Assembly (NCBI GenBank): GCA_001179505.1
Contig: CDMY01000627.1
Location: forward strand, 1-40,256
DNA: 40,256 nucleotides
From: Vitrella brassicaformis CCMP3155
Taxonomy: Eukaryota; Protista; Chromerida
Direction: 5' to 3'
Part shown: piece by piece, positions 24,311-35,540 of the stretch
How the letters are laid out: every line of letters starts with the position of its first letter
Position numbering within the stretch: position 1 is the stretch's first letter
Position numbers and translations under genes: made by a program
Notes under the pieces: model-generated
What the model was told of the DNA's origin: nothing
Databases searched by the model: none
What the model saw: the letters and a program-made list of their open reading frames with translations, nothing else

Positions 24311-25565
24311 GGAGCGAATGACAGTGACGGCTGACAGACAGAGATGAGGACCAATCGGCTGAACAATGGGCTGGCTGCTCATGCATCTGTGTGTTGTGCT
24401 GTGTTTTTTGCTGTGGTGTCGTTCCCTCGCCGCGTCTGCGGTGACCGTGAGCGACGGATGCTCACGAGAGTGTTGCCATCTCTCGTTGATGCACACGTCA
24501 CACACGGCCGGCACACAGACAGACAGGCGAACCACCACACACACACACACACCCCAGAGAGGCATAACTGTAAGAGAGAGAGAGGGAGAGAGAGGGGTCA
24601 CATCCATCCATCCATCCATGCATCCATCCCTCCACAAATACGACTGTCCATTGGTCTGCTTGGTCAGATCCTTTGCCTGCTTGTGTCATGCTCATAGTCA
24701 ACATCCGTGTGTGTGTCGACGGCATGACTCACACGTGAGCGTCGGCGGTGGAGCGAGATGCACAGACAGGCAGGGAACAGACAGACAGACAGACAGACAG
24801 AAGCAAACAGACAGAGGTCTTGGGAGCGGACGATTTTCGTTAAGTGTCCTCCCTCTGCCTGTTGTCTGCGTCGGCGAATTCGTTTCACGTCCATGTGTAT
24901 GTGCATATTTGTACATATCACCCGACACACATACATACACGGGCCTGGTCTGCATGGCATGGGTGGCATTCTGTGTGTTCGGCTGTCTGCGCACCCACAC
25001 TCATTTCCTCTTTGGTCTTTCCTCTGTGTGGTCTCCATCTCTCTCCTGGGTTGACCTGTGGCAAGGAATGAGGGCAGGCAGCACAGATGACGTGTTGTTG
25101 CTCTACGATTGCCGTGTGCTGACTTGGGGGCGCACAAGGGTGGAAACGAATGACATGGTTGAGCGTTTTTGCCATGAGTGTGTGTGGCCAGCTGGTTCAT
25201 GCCATGATGGCGTTTGTCGTTTTCACTCATGAAGACCTGTCTGTCTGAGTGGGTGTCGGTACAGAAACCATGGCTGCACACACGATGGCGATGGGTCAAT
25301 CATTGACAAACGAGAGAAGACGGTCCATCCAGATGGATCCATGCACCCGGATCTGCACACCATCACACGCAAGTCTCACTCATCCCACCACTGAGCCAGC
25401 CACATCCACACGTCCACACACTGACATGCAGCCCCGCCAAGGACCCACCCGCTGTACATCAGCGCCGGCATATGGTTACCCATATCGATGAAACTGTGTC
25501 CATTGATCGCAACACATCACATGGCCGCCCACCACTGAACAACCACCCCTCCATACTTGAGTGGG

Positions 25566-26500
25566 TCAGGGCGAGAGCTCGATCATGCCGCCGGTCATCT
25601 GGGCGCGCCGTCGGGGCCGTCGGTTGGCTCGTCGCTGGGCGGGGGGAGTGGGGGTGATGGCCATCATGCCGCCCACACAACGGACGCCGCCCAGCTGACA
25701 CAACGCCTTCTTGACACACAAACGGCACACACACACGTCAGGTAGGCATACAGACACCAGCAATGGGTGTGTGCTGCATGGCCTACGTTGAGTTTTGCGA
25801 AAAGGTGTGGGTCCTTCCGGCACTTGGGGAACGTCGTCTCGTCACTCATGTCCGCCTGCATGGACATTGCATACGCACCAACCATTGACACGTCCATCCA
25901 TCCATCCATCCATCCATCCATGTGTGTGTGTGTGTGTTTGCGCTCGGCTCACCTGCGCACACTGCTCGCACAGCCGAATACCGTACTTGCCTGCACACAC
26001 ACGGCAGCACACACAAACAGGCAGCTCACCATACACACACACACACACACACACACACGAGTGTGGTTGATTGCGACAGACTTACTCAGCTCATATGTGG
26101 CCAGCGAACCGCACTCGGTGCACGCAGCGGCCAGGTACTGGTCCTTGCTGCTCCCGTGGTCGAACCGGCCTCCAGCCCTCATGCCATACGTCAGCCTGAC
26201 AAAACACAGACAGACAGCAGAGTCAATCCATCAAGCCACTCCGACTCATGGCTTCTGCTGAGCGTACCGTGCATTGCCGATCTTGGCTTTGTGCTCATCC
26301 ACCCGAGCCTCCCACACGTGATGCTTGCCCACACGCGAGGCCTCCCGCCACACCCGACACACCCTCTCAGCCCGTCCCACATCAGCACCGCTGGGCAGAT
26401 ATTTCATGACCTCTGCGACTGCTTCGGTGCTCAGCTGCGGCGGTGCTGCGGCGGCCTGACACGTGACGGCGGGACCACGCTTGGCCTTCACACGGCGCAT
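25566..26500 (-). CDS. F-box protein with C-x2-C-x15-C-x2-C zinc-binding motif, paralog 1 (5 exons)
   Basis: MRRVKAKRG...PPQLSTEAVAEVMKYLPSGADVGRAERVCRVWREAS (F-box-like)...R|LTYG...AACTECGSLATYEL|SKYGIRLCEQCAQ|ADMSDETTF...FAKLN|KALCQL...ELSP*. Splice phases are consistent. Confidence 0.8.
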
Positions 26501-27010
26501 CTGTCACGACGAAACGAAAGCGATGATATCGATTATCTCAGGTTGATTGGCACAGGGATGGCCTCGGACTCCACCAGCGTGTGAAATGGGCCCTGCTGAT
26601 GATTTTTCTGCACACCGATCGGACATTTGCGAGCTCGGGAGGGAAGAACAACACGAATGTCGCAGCTGTGTACGACCATCACGACTGGCTGATCTGATCC
26701 ATCCTGACACGTGGCCATGGCTTAGCCAACAGGGTTACTGTGGTGCGTGTGGCCTGACTTGAGTGAGAAAGAAATGGCTGTGGTGCGTGGTGGGCGTGGA
26801 CTAGTGACGGAGAACATTGTATGGCTTTCGTCAAACATCATGCACACACACGCATCCACCAGTCAGTTCACGAGGCCGTCCCTCACGATATGTACACGTC
26901 AAACATCCATCCATGCATCCATCCGCTGTACATTACTCCCAGCACGCACTTGTACCCGCAGACGCTGCGCAGCCAGGCACACGCCCATGAACATGTGCGC
27001 ATGACTGACG

Positions 27011-27181
27011 TCAGCTGGGTAGGTGGCGGCGTGCGTCACGGCGACGCTTGACCTCCTCGCCACCCGTCATCTGTCGGGGCCGCCGTCTGAGGGCAGGGCG
27101 GGGGAGTCCCAAGGATTCCCTGGGCAGTCTGCCTCTCATGCGGTTGAGCGCCACGAGCGCCTTCTGAATACACAACACACA

Positions 27182-27218
<37 letters not shown>

Positions 27219-27917
27219 TGTGTTGTGCTTACACTCAGTTTGGCGAACATCTGCGGGCCCTTGCGGCTTCTGTTGAATGTGCTCTGATCATCGGGGTTAG
27301 CCTGCAGCCATCCAATACATCAGTCTGTCTGTCTGTAGTGTCTGTCAGTAGTTGATTGAGTGTGTTCGGCTCACGCACGTCCGCACAGCCCTCACACAAC
27401 TTGATGCGGTACATGGCTGCACACACGGACGGACAGACACAGTGATCCACAAATGCATGTCGCACACACACATCGCCAACAAGACACTTACGTAGCTCGT
27501 ATATTCCAGGCGCGCCGCATTCTGTGCACGCGGCCGCAGCGTACTGCTCCTTGTGAGGGCCGTGGTCGAAATGGCTGCATGACATCTCGCCACGTGTCAT
27601 CCTGATTGATGCACAGATCAACACACACACAGTTGAGATCTGCGGACTCATGCATGCAAGACCTGTGGACCTCACTCACCTGGCTGCCACGAGTTTGGCC
27701 TTTTGGTCCTGCACATGGCGCTTCCACACCATGTCTTTGCCGGCGTGCGAGGCTTCGCACCAGGCGCTGCAGACTCTCTCAATCCGCCCTATGTCAGCCC
27801 CACCAGGCATGAACTGCATGATGCAGGTGAGCACCTCGGGCGGCAGCTGCGGGGGAGGGGGAGGGGGGGAGCGGCACGCTGCGCCTTCGCACGCCGGGCT
27901 TTCGCAGCACGGTGCAT
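27011..27917 (-). pseudogene. F-box/C4-zinc paralog 2 with a 1-nt frameshift in a C-rich tract (pseudogene or sequencing indel)
   Basis: The ATG at 27917 reads MHRAAKARRAKAQRAAPPLPLP and then leaves frame. The F-box QLPPEVLTCIMQFMPGGADIGRIERVCSAW is in the adjacent frame, which has TAA just upstream. Later exons are intact: CTECGAPGIYEL|PMYRIKLCEGCAD|ANPDDQ...FAKLS|KALVAL...HLPS*. Confidence 0.72.
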
Positions 27918-28142
27918 CTTACGCACCAGCGATGTAATTGTGTCACACTGGAGGGTCTCTGCTGCCCTCGGAGTCCACCAAAACAGGTGCAGAAGCGGGT
28001 GGACGAGTTTTGTTGTTTTGTCGGCGATCCGAAAGGCGAGCTTAGGGACGCGGGGGGAAGATCTGTGCGTCTATGACGACTGGCTGATTTGGTCCATCAA
28101 CCATCTCATCACCTCATCGACAAAATCGCTTTACACGTCGTC

Positions 28143-30662
28143 ATGGACACCATCAGCCTGCCGTCGTTCATTAAGCCCAAGCACGTCACGCGGAGGGCGG
28201 ACGGCGCCGCCACTATCTCATTCTGGGATCTGCCGTCGGCATTCTTCGACGCCATCCGCCCACAAGCGCCGGACGATGAGTCGCCCGTCGAGCGCCGCCG
28301 ACCTGACGACATCTCCATCGTGGACATGTCCCAGCACACTGGCGTGTTTGTGTGCACCAAGTGCGGGGTATCCTTCCCGTCGGCAGCCGAGTTCCGTGTG
28401 CACTGCCTGTCGTCCTTCCATGTGACAAACGTCCGGCGACTGGCTGACGGCAAGAAGGCCTTCTCATCGGCCGAGTGGGAGCGGTTAGTGGAGCTGGCTG
28501 AGGCAGAGGGGCCTGACGATGAGCCGGGGGAGGGTGAGGGAGAGGGGGAAAGCTCGTCGTCGAGCGAGGAATCGTCAGCCGGTGAAAACGAGGAGGATGG
28601 TGAGGATGCCGCGGACACCTTGCCTGCCGAGCAGCCGCGCAGATCTCCCTTTATGGAGGTGCGGCTGGAGTCGCTGCGTTACGCCTTCAGCAAAAATTTG
28701 TTCAAGGGCTATCGAGGAGACCACCAGCAGCAGCTGGCCGCCGGCTCCGACCTTTCTGAGGAGGTGTGTCAGCTGTGGGAAAGCCGCCTGTGGGCCGTCA
28801 TGGTGCTGCGGTCGGGGCGATTCGCAGGTCGGCAGTCAGTGCAACGCAACGCAGCAGACACACACGCGAGCGGTCCTCACTGTGGTCTTTCTTTCGGTGG
28901 CTGGTGCAGGTGCCATATTTGAGGGCGGCCATCCGCTGCTGCACAAGGTCATCACCAAATACACAGTCAGACGGAAGGCGGGAGGCGCTCAGGCCGCATG
29001 CGACGGCACCAGGGCCCCCAAGTCGGCTGGTAAGCAGCGAACAATACCGACCGCAAGACGAGACAGACGATGGCTCCCTTCCGATCTCTCTGTGTGGCAG
29101 GCGCGACGCTCCGCCGCGCTGGTGAGAAGGCGTTGCGCGAGTCTGTGAGGGAGCTGCTCAACGACACTTGGGCGGACGAAATGAAGCGCTGTCGGCTCGT
29201 ATTCGTCAGCACCACCAAGCGCATGCAGGGGGTGCTATTCGGCGACGACGATGCCGCCGCACCACCAGCACAGAGCGTCGCTGCCGCCCGTCGGCACGCA
29301 CCGCTAAGGAAGACCGATGGGCGATTGCGACGAGTACCGTCTGTCATCCAGCGGCCGACCTTTGGCGCGCTGAAGCACTGCCATGCGCAGCTGTCGACGG
29401 TGGTCATCCTGCCGGAAGGAATGGAGGAGCCGCAGATCCCTGACGCATCATCGGCTACCGAGGACCCACCACCAGCAGCACCACCAGATGCTGAACCCAC
29501 CGCCACCACAGCGCCTGAGCAAGAGTCGCCAGTTGCCCAGCCGCCCCACCCCCTGATCGATGCCGCCAAGAGAGGCGACATCGCCGCCTGCAGGAGGATT
29601 CTGGCGAGGCTGGGTGTGCTCCCCGAGGGCGTCATGGTGGATGAGGAGGAGTCGGATGAGGAGACGACGGGCGGTCAGGCGAGCACAGCTGCAGATGGAC
29701 CGGTGTGGGATGAGTCGGCATTGTCATGCATCGACCTTCACGACCGTGACCCGGCCACTTGTGCCACGGCGCTCCATGCAGCCGCGGAGGTCAGCCACTC
29801 CACCCAGAATGAATAGAAGCTGGATTCGTTCACCCATGTGTCGTGTCGCGCTGTGTGTGTGTGTGTGTGTAGGGTGGGCATGACGTGTTGGTGTTGCTGC
29901 TGTTACGTTGCGGCCTCGACCCCTGCAGCCTCGACATGCGGGGCCGGGTGCCCTACTTCGTGTGCAAGACCAAGGAGTGCCGCGACGCATTCAGACGATA
30001 CCGCGCCGAAGCGCCACCAGACAGGTATACGCGTAACCCGGGAGTGAAGTGCCTCCCTCTCTCTCAACGACCATCCTCATCTCTCTCTCTCTTCTGTGTG
30101 TATGTGTGTGGCTGTTGGCGTCTGTCTGCAGGTGGGATTGGCACAAGGCGTGCATCCCCGAGCCCCTGACGGAAGACCTGGAGGCCAGGAAGAAGGAAAA
30201 GGAGCGCGAGAAGAGGCGGCGAGCGCGTCAGCGGAAGAAGGCCTCCAAGGCCGTCGAGAAGCAGCAGGAGGAGGCCGAGGCGGCAAGGCGGGAGGAGGAG
30301 CACCGCAGGCAGACGGAGGCAAGGGAGAAGGCACTCGAGGCCGAGCGGCTGGCGCGCATGTGAGCGACCGTGACGGACATGACGCTTCCTTCTTGACCGA
30401 TCCTTGCTGTGCGGCGTTTGTGGATTGTGTGTTGATCATTCAGATGTGACAGCTGCAGCGCTCCGATTACGGGCAAACCGTTCCAGAGGTCAGCCGGCTA
30501 AGACACCAACATCAATCAGCCCATGGCTGGATGGATGGATGTGTGTGTGTGTGTGTGTGCAGGCTGGAGTACAAGTACTGCAGCGTCGAGTGTGTGCAGA
30601 GGCACAAGCGGCGGCTCATGGCCGAGGCCGCCGAGAAGAGGCTGGCCATTTCAGCCGGATGA
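28143..30662 (+). CDS. ANKZF1: ANKZF1/Vms1 ribosome-quality-control tRNA endonuclease (C2H2 zinc finger, VLRF1, ankyrin, coiled coil, C-terminal treble-clef zinc finger)
   Basis: CTKC...H...H zinc finger; WAVMVLRSGRFAG|AIFEGGHPLLHKVITKYTVRRKAGGAQAACD...KSAG|ATLRR (VLRF1 with GGAQ); RPTF; TALHAAAE|GGHDVLVLLLLRCGLDP (ankyrin); WDWHKACIPEPLT; charged coiled coil; CDSC...YKYCSVECVQRH...SAG*. Confidence 0.95.
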
Positions 30663-31052
30663 AGCAATATGACCGACCAGCGTGTTCATACCTGCCTGCA
30701 TTCATGGCGGCTGGTGGTGTGTATGTAAGTAGTTGACGCTCGACTCGACGTGTGGACTCAAAGGAAGGGTTCGTTCCGTTCGTGTAAGTGACATTGGAGT
30801 GACTGTTAGTTACAGACTGTGACGGAACGACCAGTAATCCGTCCACTCCACTCCACCTACCCCCCTCACAAGGTCAGGTCGTTCAACACCGACGACTCAG
30901 TCGCATCAGATCAGTCCTCACAGCCGAGCCGACACACGCATCGCATGGGGACCATTCCCCCACCCATCTCCATCCAGATCCATCCATCCATCCATCCATT
31001 TGGCTTCATTGACAGACCCCATGATGGCGCCATTCATTCAGCTGATCTGATT

Positions 31053-33211
31053 TCATTGGCCGCCGCTCATCCCACGGCTGCCCAGCCGCTCGAAGTCGTC
31101 ATCAGCGTACACCTCATCGTCGGTGAGCGGCCCGTCCAGGTTGAGCAGCTTCAGACGACGCTCTTGGTAGTACTCCTTTAGACGCAGACCCTGCACACGC
31201 ACCACACACAGAGGCACAATCGTCTGTCTGTCTGTCTGTCAGTGCTGGGGGGGAAGGGGGGCTGACTGACCAGGGCTTCGCTCTCGCACCACTCGATGGT
31301 GGACTGCAGCGCCGCCTTCTCAGACACACGCACCTGACAGACAGATACAGACGACCACATATCTAGCTATAAGATGCCCTCTCCTCTGTCTGTGGGTCTT
31401 TCGTGGTTATTCCCGTGTGTGTGTCATCCATCATCCCCCCCACTACACTTACCCTGGCCATGAGTTTCTGCCGTTCAGACGCCTCCGGGCTGCTGCCCGC
31501 GAGAATCCGCCGGTCGGTCTCGTCATCGGATGTGAAGCTCGTCAGCAAGCGCACACACTCGTCCTCCAACACCTGCAGACAGACAGACAGACCCCCATCC
31601 ATTGGACACACAGCTGCGTGTCGGTGTGTGTGTGTGTGTGCAGCATGCCTTGAGAGCGTCGCCTTCGTTTGCAGGGCTGAATGGCAGGCTCATGTGGTAC
31701 CACACCTCGCCGCGAAACAGCGGCTCCAGGATGAAGGCATCCTACACACACACACACAGACCCATCAGCACGCCGCATGGTCAATCGGTCACTCACGCGG
31801 CCACACACACACACACAGAGACAGAGAGAGATGCTGACCTTTTGTCCGATCTCCCTTAGCCTGAGGAACTGTAAGAGCGTTGGGTCGGGGTCTTTGTCGG
31901 CCTGGAGGTCCCACACCTGGCTGAGCGTCCTGAACTCGTTGTTGACCAGGATGTCCTCCTTGTCGTCGAAGAAACTGTCGGCCTCCCTTATCGACATCTC
32001 GATCTGAGGGACAATACAATACACGGACCAACCCACCACACACACAGGCAGACAGACAGACAGACATAACTCTCCCACACATCACGCCTTTCCTTTGCCC
32101 ACCACCCACCCCACCGACCTCGCAGCTGCTGGGTGCGTATTCCGGGATGAAGCCGAACATCTGCAAGAACTCGACAGCGCTCCTCTCCGGCCCATAGCTG
32201 ACGCGGAACTCATCGCCAACGGCGTAGTCACGGTCGGCACGCAGACGCACACCACGGCTGCTGCCCAAGAAACCCATCGCTGCGCGAAACGCAACACACA
32301 CACACACACACACACACACAGCAAAGCATCAGCAACCAGCAACCGCCCGACTCACGTGCGCCATCAGGCTCGACATTGGCAGCAGGGTCGTGGTTGACGA
32401 AGTCCACCAGCGGGGTCATCCTCAACCGAGAGTCCACAAAGAAGGACCGCGACGTCACAACGGCCATGGCCCACTGGTAGTTCTCCAGCGTGAAAGTGGC
32501 CGGATCGAACACATTCGGGTGCTTCTCCATCACCCGCCGCTGCAGCCGCATAAACTCGAGGCTCCTCTCCTCCAGCCACGTGCTGATCGCCTTGGTGGTC
32601 GACCGCGCAAGCTCCGCTCTCTCCCCGTCTGACCACAAGATGGGATTGTTCAGCTCGTCTTTGGTGGGCAGCACCGCCAGCCACGGAGCGATCTCAGACG
32701 CATCGCCTTTGCTTTTCTCGTACAAGAGGTAGAGGGCGAGCATGGCCATCTCGCTGTTGTCGCTCATGGCGCCCTCGAGGTGCTCGCGCATTGGCGTCTG
32801 CGTGGCGGACTCCTTGGTGATTGACAGACTCATTGGGACAGAAGCGGCCGCCTCGCCGCGCTTGATGGGCTTGGTGCAGATAAGGCCCAGCCCGGCGACG
32901 TCGCTCGGCTTCACGTCGACACTGACGCTGTCTGACTTGACGCCCTTGTTGGCCAGCCACTGCTTGAAGCTGTCAAGAGCAGCTGCTCGCGATGAGGACA
33001 CAGACATGGACACGGTGGGCGTCAGCCTTCTTGGTTGCTGCATAATGCTAGAGGGCCGTATCGGCGCGTGGTGGTGCCTCCTGGATGTGAGCAGCAGATG
33101 GGTAACAAAGGCGGTTCCCATTGCTGCAGCCGACGCCATGAGGTGATAAGCCAGTAGGGAGACCGCATAAGCCCAGATGGTCCGGAAGCGCCGGAGTGGC
33201 TTCAGAAGCAT
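31053..33211 (-). CDS. LSMT: Rubisco LSMT/LSMT-L-type SET-domain lysine methyltransferase with bipartite plastid-targeting leader
   Basis: Hydrophobic leader, AF motif (GTAFVT) and S/R-rich transit segment. SET motifs GLGLIC, YQWAMAVVTSRSF, PLVDFVNH and SYG. Substrate-binding domain LLQFLRL and DAFILEPLFRGEVW, and C-terminal EYYQERRL, which is typical of plant LSMT. Stop at 31055-31053. Confidence 0.9.
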
Positions 33212-33555
33212 CGTCGCTCGTAGCAACTAGATCACGTCAGCGACGGGGTTGCATCTTGGTCAAGATCTGCCAAAATCTGCAATCACTGGCTTCACAATTC
33301 GCCTTCTGCTCACTGTGCTGCACTCACCAATGAGTCACTTTCACTTAGAATGGTCTCTTTCTCATTTCTAAGCTCGCACCCCGGAAGGCGCGAGAGATCG
33401 TTCGTATCATTCGCTTCAGAAGCGCCACACAGCTGTAGCCAGGTGGGTTTCCGATTTCCAGCCGCATTTCCTCTCCACGTTCAACGGCACGTTCTGTGTT
33501 TGCAGGCTTTCTTCTGTGACAGCCAAGGCCCAGCCGGTGGTTAGTTACCGATTGG

Positions 33556-34892
33556 ATGGCGGTGAGCAAGGCTGGCGGGGGCCACACCCTGGAGGAGATG
33601 AAGAAGCTCCGGGAAAACCTCGCCAAACACCTGGAAGGTACATGCATTAATGAATATCTTTGTGGGGCCTCCTTCGGTTCCTTCCTTGCTACCCACCTCT
33701 CTCTCTCTCTCTCTCTCTGCGTGTGTGTCTGTGTGTGGCCTGTTCGTTCGCTTGTTCGTTCGTTTGTTCGGCTGATGGTTGGTGTTTTGTTGGTCGGTGT
33801 GTTTCTTTCATTCAGTGCGTGAGAAGTCCATCTTCAGTATGGAGGGCGACTACCTCACGGAGCACGTGCAGGGCAACATAGTCCAGGGGTGGGAGGGATA
33901 CCACACCAGACACGGCAAATTCGTAAGCACACCCACACCGACGACACACACACCGACCACACACACAACACACACTCACGCCGTACCGTTTCCTCTCCTC
34001 TGTATGTGCAGCCGGTGAAGCTGCCGGTGTTGCTGGTCCGTAGTGGCGATGGGCTGGATGCCCACCCGCTCGTCGCCCCCCCAGCCGCCCCCCCGGCTCC
34101 CCCGGCGCCCTACGTGCCGCAGATGCGGGACCGCCTCTTCTCCCAGAGCAGCATCACATCGCCCGTCTACCTGCGGGACGAACATGGGCGTACGTCACGC
34201 CACGCATTAGAGAAGGAGGGAGCTCTGATGGTGTGTGTGTGTGTGTGCGCAGTGGTGCTGCGGCCAGACCCATTGCCGACCCCTCCAGCGGCTCCGGAGC
34301 CCAGCGCGGCTGCGGCTGCCGATGACGTGGATAAGGGCGGTGAGGACGGTGGTCATGGCGAGTCCGAGGCGGCCGCGGCGGCCAGCGGTGCTGGTGGTGG
34401 TCAGGAGGATAAGAAGGGTGGTGCGGAGGGTGACGACGGCAAGACAGCCGCAGCAGAAGCTGCAGGTAAGGGGGAGAGGGCGGCCGGGGGTGAGGGGGTG
34501 GGGGCATAGGAATGAATTGAATGGCTGGCTGTGCGTGCCGTGCCTATAATGCCAGTCAGTCAGTGATGCGTGTGTGTGTGTGTGTGTGTATGGGTGGGTG
34601 ATGTGTGTGCATACGTGTGAGTGGAGTGGGAGTCTGTTGTGTTGGTTTTATCTGTACATAGCTTCGCTACTCCTCCTTCTTTTTTCGCTTTGTCGTTCAA
34701 TTTGGTGCGTGTAATACTCACAGACCTCTGTCGCTTGATCCATCGATTCAAGTGTGTGTGGCATGTGCAAAGACCGACCGATTCGCATCTCCTCTTTGCC
34801 CAGCCACCGCCGTCCAGCGACATCTATCAAAACGGGCCCTCCACCCTCCTCTCTCTCCCGACACGGCAGCCACCGGCCGCCTCTCTAATTGA
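33556..34892 (+). CDS. EAF6: Chromatin modification protein EAF6/MEAF6 (NuA4/MYST HAT subunit)
   Basis: LEEMKKLRENLAKHLE|VREKSIFSMEGDYLTEHVQGNIVQGWEGY...DRLFSQSSITSP matches the Eaf6 pattern IxxxEGxYL...GNIxxGWxxY...R.FSxSS. The last exon (34804-34892) is inferred; without it the stop is at 34509. Confidence 0.85.
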
Positions 34893-35091
34893 CACGACCT
34901 ATGACACATAGCGACCATCGACGAGAGGGTGTTCAGAGGTCAACACGTCCGCCCTAGAGAGACAGAAGTGGACGCAAGATTCGGTTTCATCCGACCACAC
35001 GTGACATCCACACACTGCCTGCCTGCCTGCCTGCCTGCCTGCACGGCCGGCAGGCACTGCAAAGCAACTCAGGCAATGTCTGCCCCCCCCC

Positions 35092-35391
35092 NNNNNNNNN
35101 NNNNNNNNNNNNNNNNNNNNNNNNNNNNNNNNNNNNNNNNNNNNNNNNNNNNNNNNNNNNNNNNNNNNNNNNNNNNNNNNNNNNNNNNNNNNNNNNNNNN
35201 NNNNNNNNNNNNNNNNNNNNNNNNNNNNNNNNNNNNNNNNNNNNNNNNNNNNNNNNNNNNNNNNNNNNNNNNNNNNNNNNNNNNNNNNNNNNNNNNNNNN
35301 NNNNNNNNNNNNNNNNNNNNNNNNNNNNNNNNNNNNNNNNNNNNNNNNNNNNNNNNNNNNNNNNNNNNNNNNNNNNNNNNNNNNNNNNNNN
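35092..35391. other. Assembly gap (300 N) flanked by C runs
   Basis: Exactly 300 N. Confidence 1.
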
Positions 35392-35540
35392 CCCCCCCCC
35401 CCCCTCCCTCCCTCCTACCGCAGCAGTTTGACAGAAAAAGGCTACCCATCCTTCACACCTCTGCTGTGCTGCTAACTGACAAATATGAGCACGTAGTACG
35501 GATGCTTCTCTTGTCCTGGATGGTGGGTTTGGCCGGCCGG

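Larger units (their letters stand above)
20545..25060 (+). repeat. Tandem array of three related units (A about 20545-21923, B 22224-24010, C 24311-about 25060), separated by gaps
   Basis: Shared blocks: gagcgaatgacagtgacggctgacagacag (A and C), tggtcagagcctttgtctgactgtgtacc (A and B), and gtcttgggagcggac...cgcacccacactcat (A, B and C). A and B continue into the same ORF; C diverges before it. Confidence 0.92.

Noticed and set aside
334-24486. Repeated dyad with variable spacer as a CRISPR-like array or attC cassette system
   Set aside because: Copies are kilobases apart inside longer homologous repeats, the context is eukaryotic, and no cas or integrase gene is present.
23492-24637. 381-aa minus-strand ORF across the pRiA4b gene
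   Set aside because: Antisense shadow plus gap read-through.
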